A stretch of DNA of 64,000 nucleotides from Alphaproteobacteria bacterium (GCA_030682495.1 JAUXOC010000057.1:8170-72169); one strand, 5' to 3'; positions 1 through 9,550 are shown, counted from the first letter of the stretch. Made by a program: numbers and translations. Notes: generated from the letters alone by a model not told the origin.

Positions 1-112
1 GCGTCGGGTCGAGCGTTTCGAGGTTAACCTCGTCCCCCTTGTTCATCATCGAAATCTGCCCGAAGGAGCTTTTGAGGTCTTTCTCGTTTTGGGCGCCATC
101 TTCAGTAGACAT
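1..112 (-). CDS. 5' end of a gene running off the window, possibly TerD-family (partial)
   Basis: Minus-strand ATG at 112, with AGGA upstream. Reads MSTEDGAQNEKDLKSSFGQISMMNKGDEVNLETLDPT; KGDEVNL..LDP resembles the TerD N-terminus. Only 37 codons are visible. Confidence 0.4.
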   Translation of the reverse strand, partial: MSTEDGAQNEKDLKSSFGQISMMNKGDEVNLETLDPT

Positions 113-113
113 C

Positions 114-149
114 TTGTCTGTTCCTGTCTGGTTGTCTGTTCCTGTCTGG
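114..149. repeat. Perfect 18-bp tandem duplication (TTGTCTGTTCCTGTCTGG x2)
   Basis: Read directly: 114-131 and 132-149 are identical. It covers the RBS region of the partial gene. Confidence 0.9.
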
Positions 150-176
150 ATTACGTTGGCATTCGGGTTTTGCGTC

Positions 177-1154
177 TCAGCCACGCGCGCGGCGCAGGGT
201 CTGAAGCAGCGTTTTCATGTCCGGCGGCAGTTCCGCCTGCAAGGATATTCTATTTTCGCTGATCGGGTGAATAAATTCAAGCTGCGCGGCATGCAGCGCC
301 TGACGGGGGAAGCTTCCCAGCGCGGCGGCCGCGGCGGGCGGTATCTTCATCTGCTTCGTGAATTTGGCGGGCGAGGCTTTGCCGTAAAGCGGGTCGCCCG
401 CCAGCGGATGGCCGATATGCGCCATATGGACGCGGATTTGATGCGTGCGCCCCGTTTTAAGGCGGCATTCAACCAGCGCGCCCCAAAGCCCGAAAGTTTC
501 CAAAATACGGTAATCTGTCACGGCCTCTTTGCCGCCGCCGTCCAGCACCGCCATTTTTTTGCGGTTGGTCTTGTGGCGGCCGATTTTCGTCTCGATACGC
601 CCCTGCGCGGGTGACGGCACACCCCAGACGATGGCCTGATAAACCCTTGTCAGGGCGCGGGTCGCCAGCTGCGCCGACAGGCCGTGATGCGCGCTATCGT
701 TCTTGGCGACAACCATCAGCCCCGATGTTTCCTTGTCCAGCCGGTGCACGATGCCGGGGCGTTTGACCCCGCCAATACCCGACAAAGCATCGCCGCAATG
801 CGCCAGCAAGGCATTCACCAGCGTACCGTCATGGTTGCCCGCCGCCGGATGCACCACCAGATCAGCGGGTTTGTTGATGACGATCAAATCGCTGTCTTCG
901 TAGGCGATATCGAGGGGGATATCCTGCGCCACCGGCACGGCTTCTTCGGCGGGCGGCACGGTGATGTCGAAAATCTCGCCCGCACGCACTTTACGGGAAC
1001 TATCGGTCACGGGGCTGCCCGCGGCCTGCACGTGACCAGCCGCGATCAGCGCCTGCAAGCGCGCGCGTGACAGACCGCCCGCGCCCGCCGCCAGCACCTT
1101 GTCGAGCCGCTGGCCGTCTTGCGCATCGGATACTTTGACCGTAATCGTTTCCAT
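177..1154 (-). CDS. rluD: RluA/RluD-family 23S rRNA pseudouridine synthase
   Basis: N-terminal S4-like RLDKVLA..SRARLQALI; motifs INKPADLVVHP, GIVHRLDKETSG, LKTGRTHQIRVH and QALHA. Start placed at METITV. Confidence 0.95.
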   Translation of the reverse strand: METITVKVSDAQDGQRLDKVLAAGAGGLSRARLQALIAAGHVQAAGSPVTDSSRKVRAGEIFDITVPPAEEAVPVAQDIPLDIAYEDSDLIVINKPADLVVHPAAGNHDGTLVNALLAHCGDALSGIGGVKRPGIVHRLDKETSGLMVVAKNDSAHHGLSAQLATRALTRVYQAIVWGVPSPAQGRIETKIGRHKTNRKKMAVLDGGGKEAVTDYRILETFGLWGALVECRLKTGRTHQIRVHMAHIGHPLAGDPLYGKASPAKFTKQMKIPPAAAAALGSFPRQALHAAQLEFIHPISENRISLQAELPPDMKTLLQTLRRARG

Positions 1155-1207
1155 GCTATCAATATAAACCACTTGCCCCACAGACGCCAGACGAGGTTAG
1201 CCGTATC

Positions 1208-1564
1208 ATGAGCCTTCTGAACAATCAAAAATTCCTGCAAAACGCGATCATGGTCATGTCGATTCTGATTTTGGCAGGGCTGGCTATTCTGGTGCATGGC
1301 ATCGTCAAAAAATCCGGCAGCTCGGGCGGCGCGGGCATCTCGCTCTCCACGCCCAGCGTTGATGCGCCCGACGGTACGCTGGTCGTGCAACTGCCGCCGC
1401 GCAGCCAAATCGCCCATATGACATCCTATAACGGCGGCGTGGCGCTTTATACGCGTACGGCAAGCGGAAATTTCATCTACTTCGTGAATTCACAAACCGG
1501 CAAGATCGACGGAGCGCTGAAAATAGACACGCTGCCGCCGGCGCGCGGGCCGCTGCAACGCTAA
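1208..1564 (+). CDS. Hypothetical single-pass membrane protein
   Basis: N-terminal hydrophobic helix (AIMVMSILILAGLAILVHGIV); GAGG RBS; divergent from rluD. Confidence 0.7.
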   Translation: MSLLNNQKFLQNAIMVMSILILAGLAILVHGIVKKSGSSGGAGISLSTPSVDAPDGTLVVQLPPRSQIAHMTSYNGGVALYTRTASGNFIYFVNSQTGKIDGALKIDTLPPARGPLQR

Positions 1565-1582
1565 ATCCGGCCTTTTAAAACG

Positions 1583-2203
1583 CTATTTTTCAAGCTGTGC
1601 GGCAAGGCTGTCGAAAATCGCGCCTTTGTCCCATTCGCGCGGACCGTCGAATTGTTCGATCACCACACCGTCACGCCCGATCAGGAAACTGGCAGGTATA
1701 CCGGCATATGTCCATTTCATCGGGATCTGCCGGTCGGTATCGACATAAAGGCTGATCTGCTCCACACGCCGCGCCGCCAGAAATTCTGCAACCTCGGCGG
1801 TGGATTTGCTGTCGAGCGATACCGGCAGCACATGCAGGCCGCGGTCACGCAGTTTTGCCTGAAGCGTATCGAGCGCGGGCAGCTCCGCCACACAAGGCGG
1901 GCACCAGGTCGCCCAGAGGTTGACCAGCAAAACCTCGCCCGCGAAATCGGCCAGACGCACCGGCTTCCCCTCCGCATCATAAAACGTCACATCGGGCAGG
2001 GTCTTTCCCGCCTGCGAGGGGCGCGGCGCACGAACGGCCACAGCCTTAAATTCTGCCCCCTTTTCAGCCGTTTCCATATTTTTTATTGTTTTTTCAGAGG
2101 GCGTCGATGGGAGCTGAATATTAACAAGAATGGTGTAAGATAAACCGATGGCCAAGAGCATGGCCCCGACGATCATCAGAATACGGTGTTTTGGTTTGAG
2201 CAT
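1583..2203 (-). CDS. tlpA: TlpA-family thiol:disulfide oxidoreductase
   Basis: N-terminal membrane anchor; VNLWATWCPPCVAELP; GIPASFLI. Confidence 0.92.
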   Translation of the reverse strand: MLKPKHRILMIVGAMLLAIGLSYTILVNIQLPSTPSEKTIKNMETAEKGAEFKAVAVRAPRPSQAGKTLPDVTFYDAEGKPVRLADFAGEVLLVNLWATWCPPCVAELPALDTLQAKLRDRGLHVLPVSLDSKSTAEVAEFLAARRVEQISLYVDTDRQIPMKWTYAGIPASFLIGRDGVVIEQFDGPREWDKGAIFDSLAAQLEK

Positions 2204-2265
2204 ATTTTCCTCCCCCGCCCGCCTTGGCGGACAGCCTTCTGCGCCGGAGTATAATAGAGAGTGAT

Positions 2266-2490
2266 ATGAGATTAACAGTCTTTTCGATTTGCGCCCTGCT
2301 GGCTATCGTGGTTTTGCCCTCCGGCTGCGGCATCAAGCCCTCGCACGTCGAGCCGCCGCCGAAAACCAAAGCAGACGGCACACTGCAAACCAAGGAAGAG
2401 GCGCGCAAAAAGGATTATTTTCCGCGCACCTATCCTGACCCCGCCCATGACCCCGCCCCCAAACCTGCGCCCGAAAGGCTGATCCGCTGA
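2266..2490 (+). CDS. Small lipoprotein (LptM/LppL-like) upstream of lysA
   Basis: Signal peptide with lipobox LPSGC followed by GIKP; the stop overlaps the lysA start (TGATG). Confidence 0.7.
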   Translation: MRLTVFSICALLAIVVLPSGCGIKPSHVEPPPKTKADGTLQTKEEARKKDYFPRTYPDPAHDPAPKPAPERLIR

Positions 2491-3755
2491 TGCTGACCAC
2501 GCACTATAAAAACAAAAAACTGCATATCGAAGACGTGGCGCTGGAATCGCTGGCGGAAAAATACGGCACACCGCTGTACTGCTATTCGGCCGCGCAGATC
2601 ACACAAAATTTCAATGCTTACCGCGATGCCTTTCTGAAAGTTGCAGCGGCGGAAGACTTCACCATCTGCTACGCGACCAAAGCCAACAGCAACCTTGCCG
2701 TGCTGCGCTTGCTCGGCGGGCTGGGCGCGGGGGCAGATATCGTTTCGGGCGGCGAGATGGCGCGCGCACTGGCCGCGGGCATCCCTGCATCGAAAATCGT
2801 TTTTTCCGGCGTCGGAAAATCCGAAGAGGAACTGCACGCCGCCATCGCCAAGGGCATCTTCCAGATCAATGTGGAATCCGAAGAAGAGCTTGCGCAGATC
2901 TCCGCCCTTGCCGTGAAGCTGAAAAAGAAAGTCGCCGTCTCGATCCGCGTCAACCCCGATGTAGACGCCAAAACCCACGCCAAAATCACCACGGGCAAGA
3001 AAGAAAATAAATTCGGTATCGATATCGACCGCGCACCCGCGCTCTATAAAAAAGCGCTGAAACTGCCAGGCGTCGATGCCGTGGGCGTGGCCGTGCATAT
3101 CGGCTCGCAGCTGACCTCCCTCGCCCCCTTCAAACGCGCCTATGAACGCGTGGCGGAACTGGTCGTCAAGCTGCGCAAGCAGGGCAATACAATTACGCGT
3201 GTTGATCTGGGCGGCGGCATCGGCATCACCTACAAAGACGAAACCCCGCCCGACCTGACCTTCTATGCCCTGATGGTGCGCGATATCATCATGCCGCTGA
3301 ATGTGCATGTTGTCATGGAGCCCGGCCGGTCGATTGTCGGCAACGCCGGTGTGCTGCTTAGCCGTGTGCGCAGCGTCAAAAAAGGCGCATCGAAAAAATT
3401 CCTGATCCTCGATGCCGCGATGAATGACCTGATGCGTCCCGCGCTCTATGACGCCTATCACGCCATCTGGCCGGCGCGGCAAGCGCCTGCGAAAGAGCTT
3501 TATGATGTTGTCGGCCCCGTTTGCGAAACCGGCGATACATTCCTCATCAATGAAAAACTGCCGGTGCTAAAAGCCGGTGACGTTGTTGCGCTGATGACCA
3601 GTGGCGCTTATGGCGCGGTCATGTCATCGAATTACAATACCCGCCCGCTGGTGCCTGAAGTGCTGGTGAGTGGCAAAAAATCTGCGCTGGTGCGCAAACC
3701 GCAGACGATACAAGACCTTTTGAAACACGACCTGATACCGGAGTGGCTGGACTGA
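2490..3755 (+). CDS. lysA: Diaminopimelate decarboxylase
   Basis: YGTPLYCY; YATKANSN (PLP lysine); ITTGKKENKFG; HIGSQ; EPGR; GPVCETGD; GAYGAVMSSNYN. Confidence 0.97.
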   Translation: MLTTHYKNKKLHIEDVALESLAEKYGTPLYCYSAAQITQNFNAYRDAFLKVAAAEDFTICYATKANSNLAVLRLLGGLGAGADIVSGGEMARALAAGIPASKIVFSGVGKSEEELHAAIAKGIFQINVESEEELAQISALAVKLKKKVAVSIRVNPDVDAKTHAKITTGKKENKFGIDIDRAPALYKKALKLPGVDAVGVAVHIGSQLTSLAPFKRAYERVAELVVKLRKQGNTITRVDLGGGIGITYKDETPPDLTFYALMVRDIIMPLNVHVVMEPGRSIVGNAGVLLSRVRSVKKGASKKFLILDAAMNDLMRPALYDAYHAIWPARQAPAKELYDVVGPVCETGDTFLINEKLPVLKAGDVVALMTSGAYGAVMSSNYNTRPLVPEVLVSGKKSALVRKPQTIQDLLKHDLIPEWLD

Positions 3756-6190
3756 TGGATTTTCTGAGGCGCGCATTATACTGGTGGACGATCGGGTGGA
3801 GCTTTGTCTCCCTCTGGGCGGAACGCCTGTGGGCGCGGCTCTGGGCGCTCTGTACCGTTCTCATGTTCTTCGGCGCTTTTGCCGTCAGCGGGCTGATTTT
3901 CAAATTCGGCAAGACGGGGCATTTCGTTTTGCTGATTGTCTTTCTGGGTATGGCCATTCTGGCGGCGTTCTATATGGGGCGCCGTTTTATCCTGCCGCGC
4001 CGCTGGCAGATCGAACGGCGGATCGAGCGTGAGTCCGGCCTGAAACACCGCCCGCTCGCCATGATGCACGACAAGCCGGAAGAAGGCGCCAGCCCCGCCG
4101 CGATCAAACTCTGGTACAAACAGCGCGCCGAAACGCAAAAGGCATGGGGCGGGCTGCGCATCTGGCGTCCCCGTCCGCGCGTTGGACGGCAGGACAAATA
4201 TAACCTGCGTTTTACCGCCATGCTCTGCCTTGCCGTTGCGCTACTGTTTGCGCAGGGGCGCGCCCTTGACAGGCTGGAAGCCGCGCTGCGACCGCCTGCG
4301 ATGTTCAAAATGCCCGTCACCGCCGTGGCGATGGATGTCTGGATCGAACCGCCCGCCTATACCACCGCCGCCCCCGTTTTTCTGGCGACCGCACAGACCG
4401 GCCGCACCACCGCCGAAGCCGCGAGCGTGCCGGATGGCAGTATTCTAAAACTACGCATCGGCGGACTGAAACGCGCACCAAAACTTTTTTATAACGGCAA
4501 GAAAACCATTCTGTTCGAAGAAGCCGCGCCCGGCAGCTTTACCCTGGAAATGCCCCTGTCCAAAAGCGGCGTCATGGAAATCCGCCGCGGCTGGTGGCAA
4601 AGCCCGCTTGGCAGCTGGAACATCGAGATCATCCCTGACAATCAGCCCGATGTGCAGATCCTCAGCGCCGATGCCGCCGAGCGCGCTGCGCTGAAAATCA
4701 CCTATACCGCGCGCGACGATTACGGTATCCGCAGCCTGCGCGCCGTGATCGACCCCTCGCCCGATATTCCGCCCGAGCCTTGGCACGAAACGATTACCTT
4801 CGATATCCCCTTCAGCGGGCGGCAAAGCCGCGAGGCGGAATTCCATGTCGAACATCTCGCCCATCACCCCATGGCAGGCACGCCTGTCATGGTCAGGCTT
4901 GTCGCAACGGACGACACCGGCCATGCCGCCGAGAGCAATATCGAAAAAATCGTCCTGCCGGAGCGTCAATTCAAAAACCCCGCCGCCATCGCAATCAACC
5001 GCGAACGCAAGCGGCTGATCCGCTTTGACGATCTGCTGACTTTTCGTCTGACCAGTGCTGCCTTGGTCAGCCTTGCCAACCGCCCCGGCGTCATCAAGGA
5101 AGACCTGCGCGTCTTTCTGGGGCTTGTCGTCTCGGTCAAGCGCCTTGGCTATACGCCGACCAAATATTCGGCTTTCACCGTGCGCGATATTCTGTGGAAC
5201 CTTGCGCTGCGGCTGGAAGACGGCGGATTGGTGCTGGCGCGCGAAGAGCTGCGGCAGGCGCTGCAAAAACTCAATCAGGCGCTGAACGACAAGAACATAT
5301 CCGAAGAGAAACTTCAGGAACTGAGCGAAGATGTGAACAAGAAAACCCAGCAGTATATGCAGGAGCTGGCCAAAGAAATGCGCCAGCGCATGGAGCAGGG
5401 CGACGGCGAACAGCAAAAACAGCCTGAAATATCGCCGGAGCTGGCGCAAAAGCTGATGGACAAAATGGATATGTCGGACATCGAAGAAATGATGCGCCAG
5501 ATGCAGCACGGCGACAGCCGCGAGCAGATGCAGGCGATGACCGAAATGATGCAAAAGATGCTGGATTCCACCGACCCCGGTAATGCGATGGGCGAGCGCG
5601 AGCAAAAAGCGATGGAACAGCTGCAAAAGATGGAAGACCTGATTCAAGACCAGCAAAAGCTGATCGACGAGACCGGCAAGATGGAGCCGAAACAGGAAAG
5701 CGGGAAGCAGGAAGGCGAACAGGGACGCATCCGTCAGGAACTGGGCGATGTCATGCGCGGTATGGGAGAGAACATGCCCGAAGTGCCCGAACAATTCGGC
5801 AATGCCGATCAGGAAATGAAAGGCGCGCAACAACAGTTGAGCCGCGACAGCCCCGAAGGCTCCATGCCGCATCAGAAAGAAGCGCTGAAACAGCTGCAAG
5901 AAGGGCAAGATCAAGCCCTGCAACAGATGGCCGACCAGATGAAGGCGGGCATGTCCGGCGGCAGTGGCAGCGGCCAGTCGTCCGGCAATTACGGTGAAGG
6001 CTATGACCCGCTCGGCCGCGATCAGGGCAGGCAGCATCAGCCCTTTAGCAACGTCAAAATTCCCGACGAAAAAGAACGCCGCCGTGTGCAGGAAATCATT
6101 CAGGAGCTGCGCGGCCGCTCCAACGATTGGGAACGCCCGCGCGAAGAGCGCCAGTATATCGACCGCCTGCTCGACCCCTTCAGCAATTAA
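3755..6190 (+). CDS. TIGR02302/DUF4175-family membrane-anchored protein
   Basis: N-terminal TMs; VWIEPPAYT; DDYG; LPERQF; LALRLEDG; Gln-rich coiled coil; C-terminal DPLGR...YIDRLL; usual position after lysA. Confidence 0.88.
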   Translation: MDFLRRALYWWTIGWSFVSLWAERLWARLWALCTVLMFFGAFAVSGLIFKFGKTGHFVLLIVFLGMAILAAFYMGRRFILPRRWQIERRIERESGLKHRPLAMMHDKPEEGASPAAIKLWYKQRAETQKAWGGLRIWRPRPRVGRQDKYNLRFTAMLCLAVALLFAQGRALDRLEAALRPPAMFKMPVTAVAMDVWIEPPAYTTAAPVFLATAQTGRTTAEAASVPDGSILKLRIGGLKRAPKLFYNGKKTILFEEAAPGSFTLEMPLSKSGVMEIRRGWWQSPLGSWNIEIIPDNQPDVQILSADAAERAALKITYTARDDYGIRSLRAVIDPSPDIPPEPWHETITFDIPFSGRQSREAEFHVEHLAHHPMAGTPVMVRLVATDDTGHAAESNIEKIVLPERQFKNPAAIAINRERKRLIRFDDLLTFRLTSAALVSLANRPGVIKEDLRVFLGLVVSVKRLGYTPTKYSAFTVRDILWNLALRLEDGGLVLAREELRQALQKLNQALNDKNISEEKLQELSEDVNKKTQQYMQELAKEMRQRMEQGDGEQQKQPEISPELAQKLMDKMDMSDIEEMMRQMQHGDSREQMQAMTEMMQKMLDSTDPGNAMGEREQKAMEQLQKMEDLIQDQQKLIDETGKMEPKQESGKQEGEQGRIRQELGDVMRGMGENMPEVPEQFGNADQEMKGAQQQLSRDSPEGSMPHQKEALKQLQEGQDQALQQMADQMKAGMSGGSGSGQSSGNYGEGYDPLGRDQGRQHQPFSNVKIPDEKERRRVQEIIQELRGRSNDWERPREERQYIDRLLDPFSN

Positions 6191-6200
6191 CCGCCTTTAG

Positions 6201-6241
6201 CAAACAAAAAGCCCCGCAGAATTTGCGGGGCTTTTTGTTTG
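6201..6241. terminator. Bidirectional rho-independent terminator
   Basis: CAAACAAAAAGCCCCGCA-GAATT-TGCGGGGCTTTTTGTTTG between convergent genes. Confidence 0.9.
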
Positions 6242-6253
6242 GGCGTTGTCATC

Positions 6254-6293
6254 ACCAATGCCGGACGCGTCAATTACCAATGCCGGACGCGTC
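6254..6293. repeat. 18-bp direct repeat duplicating the 3' end of the YcbK-like gene
   Basis: ACCAATGCCGGACGCGTC at 6254-6271 and 6276-6293. Confidence 0.9.
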
Positions 6294-6858
6294 CGGTATC
6301 GACATGGACGAAATCGCTGCGCGGATAAAAACCGACGCCGCCCGATTTCAAATCAATCGCCGCATTACGCACAACCGACAGGCGCGTCCCCGGCAGCTTG
6401 AGGTCAATTGCCTGACCTGTCATATGCAGGCTGTTGCGGGCAACGCCTTCGCTGTTGCGGCGCAGGCGCGCATTGGTGGCCGGCGAGCGATAGCCCGACA
6501 GCACATGATACGGCCCGCTGTTTTTCAAACGACCATGCATGACATAGAGAATGTCCATCAGGCGCGGATCAATCGGAAACTGTTCGTTGATACGGTGATC
6601 GCGCATCAGCTTTTTGATTTCGGCAAAAGCAGACGGCAGATATTTTCCGTTGTACCAGTATTCACCGGTAAACTTTTCACCCGTATGCGCGTTCTGCAGG
6701 CGAATGATACGTGCCGTGTTCGGCGCGGCGGCCTGCGCCAGCGCGGGTGTCCAGAAGCCAAGGGCGGCGGTAACGAACAGGCCAGCTTTCAGAAAGCCGC
6801 GGCGGTCGGAATCATAAGCCTCCGCCGCAAGGGCGTTCTTCTCGATTAAGTCTTGCAT
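6274..6858 (-). CDS. YcbK/MepK (DUF882, peptidase M15A) murein endopeptidase, Tat-exported
   Basis: Tat motif DRRGFLK; HTGE; IDPRLMD; SGYRSPATN; SLHMTGQAID; GGVGFYPRSDFVHVDTG. Confidence 0.93.
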   Translation of the reverse strand: MQDLIEKNALAAEAYDSDRRGFLKAGLFVTAALGFWTPALAQAAAPNTARIIRLQNAHTGEKFTGEYWYNGKYLPSAFAEIKKLMRDHRINEQFPIDPRLMDILYVMHGRLKNSGPYHVLSGYRSPATNARLRRNSEGVARNSLHMTGQAIDLKLPGTRLSVVRNAAIDLKSGGVGFYPRSDFVHVDTGRVRHW

Positions 6859-7068
6859 GGTATTACCCCATGTTTTGCGTGTGATTTATTTTTCTTATTT
6901 TACCCCACCTATAAGAATATCAAAAAAAGCGCCGGTTCAAGAGCAAAAACGCCCATGCGACATAATCCTGAAATGAAGATGCAATTAAAAACAATGAATT
7001 GAAGCATTCCTGCGCGGCACATATGCACCGCGACCGCAGAGTCTGAAATCAATAAAGAACAGAAAGCT

Positions 7069-7944
7069 CTATCCGCGTGACAGCGTCTGCGGCGCGAGAC
7101 GCTTATCGAGTCTCTTGTCCGGCACCAGCGTCTCCAGCCGTGCGGTGATATCGCGCATATTCGCCTGAAGTTCGGCCACGGTCTGCTCCAGCGTCTGTAC
7201 CTGCGCGGCCAGTCCCGCAATGCTCGGCGCGGGCCTTGCATCGGGCTTGAAGATCGCGCGCGCCGTCTCCAGTGTCTCCGCGGCTTTCTGGTGGCCGAGC
7301 GTGCGCTCGGTAATCAGCGCAACATCAATATCCGCGGCATGTTTCTGCGCGAGGTGAAGACACATTTCGGTCTGCCCCGCACTTGCGGCATGGCGCAGCA
7401 TATGTTCGTTGTCACTGTGAATGTCAACCGTCAGGCGCGGCTTTACGGCATCGAAACCGGCAATAAAACCCGCAGCAGCAGCCGTTTTCAGGAATTGGTC
7501 GCCCCCTTCTACCTTATCGATCCCCTGCTTGAGGATATGCCCGAGCACCGCTTGCTTGATCTCTTCAGGCATTTTCGCGTCACAGAGCGCCGTAAAGGGA
7601 TGGTAACTGGCTTTATCTGTAGGTAGCTTGATATCCGCACTGATAAAAATTTCCATCAGATCGGTACGCCCTTTCGAAAGAGCTCCGAAAAACATCACAC
7701 TGCGGAGCGCATCGCGGGAGCCTGCCTTGAATCCCCATTTTTGCCAGTGCGCATCGGACACATCGTGGACCAGAAGGCGCGTCATCTCGTCCGAGAGCTT
7801 GCTGAAATCCATGTGGTACTGAAGCAGCAAATCAGCCGAAGAGATTTTCTTGCCGATCAGGCTGGATGCCGCCGCGACGTCATTCGTCTGCAGCGCTTCT
7901 TTCATGATCTCGTAGTTTTCTCTGAACATATTTTTGAAGCTCAT
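7069..7944 (-). CDS. Hypothetical protein with degenerate ankyrin-like repeats and a C-terminal coiled coil
   Basis: Ankyrin-like segments (LKTAAAAG; MLRHAASAGQTEMCLHL..KHAADID); heptad C-terminus. Start at MSFKNM follows GGAGG. Confidence 0.65.
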   Translation of the reverse strand: MSFKNMFRENYEIMKEALQTNDVAAASSLIGKKISSADLLLQYHMDFSKLSDEMTRLLVHDVSDAHWQKWGFKAGSRDALRSVMFFGALSKGRTDLMEIFISADIKLPTDKASYHPFTALCDAKMPEEIKQAVLGHILKQGIDKVEGGDQFLKTAAAAGFIAGFDAVKPRLTVDIHSDNEHMLRHAASAGQTEMCLHLAQKHAADIDVALITERTLGHQKAAETLETARAIFKPDARPAPSIAGLAAQVQTLEQTVAELQANMRDITARLETLVPDKRLDKRLAPQTLSRG

Positions 7945-7999
7945 GCGGCGATCCTCCGGCCTGGCACCGGACCATACCGGCAGCACGACAAGCCTTGAG

Positions 8000-8028
8000 A
8001 AGCTATTCCCGAATGATGATTATGTCAA
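8000..8028 (-). promoter_or_regulatory. Sigma70-like promoter
   Basis: TTGACA-17 nt-TAGCTT on the minus strand, upstream of the ATG at 7944. Confidence 0.55.
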
Positions 8029-8038
8029 GAGGTCGCCA

Positions 8039-8773
8039 TCAAGGGGAGGGAGGGCCGAAGCTCTTGTTTTTATGTGTATTTTGCGGCGGCGGCGAGGGGC
8101 GTAGCTCCTTGGGGGTCAAAAAATGCGTCAACTGTGCGAGCAATTTGACGGACTCGGGGCTGATATCATGTCCCTGCCCGCCCAAAACAGCGCAATCCAC
8201 GCGGAAGCCTTGCGCATCCAGCTGCGCGCGCGTTTTCTGTGCCATGGGATAGCCGGAATAATCCTGATGCTCACGCTCCCCCGCCAGCAAACCCACTGGC
8301 GGCTTGGATACGGGATCGGTCAGACGGTCGAGCGCGCCGCCGGACAGGCAATAGACACCGGCAACTTCGGACGTACGCAAAAGGCCGCTGTAAAAAGCCA
8401 TCGTGCCGCCTTGCGAAAATCCTGCGATGATGACGCGGTCTTCGCTGATACCTTCGCGGCGGATCACATCATCGATATATTGCTGCGCGGCCCGTGCGGC
8501 GCTCCGCGCGCGCGGGGCAACCACATCACAATTCGGATCATCAAGAACATCGCTGACATCAAACCAGCTGTGATAGCTGCGCCCTTCGCTGTCGGTGCCC
8601 AGAACGATGGGGCCATCGGGGCAGTAAAGCCTTGCGCTTTGCAGATGCGGAGCAAGAAGATCGCCCACGTGCTGAGCCATACTGGCGCCGCTGGAGCCGT
8701 AGCCGTGGAAAAAAATAATCACCTGCTCCGGCCTTTGGCCGTTTGGCGGATCGACGACAACATCACTGAGCAT
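8039..8773 (-). CDS. Phospholipase/carboxylesterase (alpha/beta hydrolase)
   Basis: FFHGYGS; nucleophile elbow GFSQGG; catalytic GH near the C-terminus. Confidence 0.88.
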   Translation of the reverse strand: MLSDVVVDPPNGQRPEQVIIFFHGYGSSGASMAQHVGDLLAPHLQSARLYCPDGPIVLGTDSEGRSYHSWFDVSDVLDDPNCDVVAPRARSAARAAQQYIDDVIRREGISEDRVIIAGFSQGGTMAFYSGLLRTSEVAGVYCLSGGALDRLTDPVSKPPVGLLAGEREHQDYSGYPMAQKTRAQLDAQGFRVDCAVLGGQGHDISPESVKLLAQLTHFLTPKELRPSPPPQNTHKNKSFGPPSP

Positions 8774-8824
8774 ACAACTGCCTGTACTTTAAAAATAAGG
8801 ATCGGGCGTCTGAAAACTGCGTCC

Positions 8825-8853
8825 AGACTACCTAAATTGTAACATTATGTCAA
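8825..8853 (-). promoter_or_regulatory. Sigma70-like promoter
   Basis: TTGACA-17 nt-TAGTCT on the minus strand, upstream of 8773. Confidence 0.55.
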
Positions 8854-8893
8854 GAAAAAAGGGCCGGCGGCCGCAATTAGAAAGCGACAACGA

Positions 8894-9550
8894 CTAGAAA
8901 TCTTCAGTCGTTTTCATCTGCTTCGGTTCGGATTTGTCGCGGTCATTTTGCTGCTTGGCTTCCTGAATGGCGCGGCGGAATTCGAGCGGTGCCTCGATGG
9001 ACGGCAGCAGAACCTCGCCCACACCCATCCCGCGGATCAGCACGCGGCCATAACCGAAAATACGACCCAGCACACCCTGCCGCACAGACACGCCTTCAAT
9101 ACGGTCAACGTTCAGCTCACCGACGTGACGGGCGATCAGGCCTTTTTTATAGACGAGGCGTTCCGACGTGACGGCAATTTCTGTTGTCGCTTTGACGATC
9201 ATCATATGCGCAAAGAAATAAAGGCCGAGCAGGAAGCTGCCCAGAATGCTGAAACGCATCAGCGCATTCAGTCCCCAAAGGATTTTGAGATAGCCGCCTT
9301 TACGTTCTACAATAAAATTCCACATTTGTTGGTAAATATGCGCCGGAATATCGTCGCCCATCGGGTTGCTTCCACTGACGTTGCGGATCTCTTCGTTAAT
9401 CGTCCACCATACGCCGATGTAGCCAATCAACACGCCAATAAACAAGCCGAACATAATCCAGAACACCGCGCCAAGCGTGTACATCCAATGGAAGCGCGCG
9501 CCCATCAGGATTTCCTCGTTCGGCCCCAGTGATTGCTGGACATACAACAT
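8894..9550 (-). CDS. Bacterial PH-domain (bPH_2/YdbS-like) membrane protein
   Basis: Two TMs, then TEIAVTSERLVYKKGLIAR..EL..DRIEGVSVRQG.LGRIFGYG. Confidence 0.85.
   Translation of the reverse strand: MLYVQQSLGPNEEILMGARFHWMYTLGAVFWIMFGLFIGVLIGYIGVWWTINEEIRNVSGSNPMGDDIPAHIYQQMWNFIVERKGGYLKILWGLNALMRFSILGSFLLGLYFFAHMMIVKATTEIAVTSERLVYKKGLIARHVGELNVDRIEGVSVRQGVLGRIFGYGRVLIRGMGVGEVLLPSIEAPLEFRRAIQEAKQQNDRDKSEPKQMKTTEDF

Noticed and set aside
114-6293. Short direct repeats as a possible CRISPR array
   Set aside because: Only two copies each, no spacer pattern, and no cas genes in the window.
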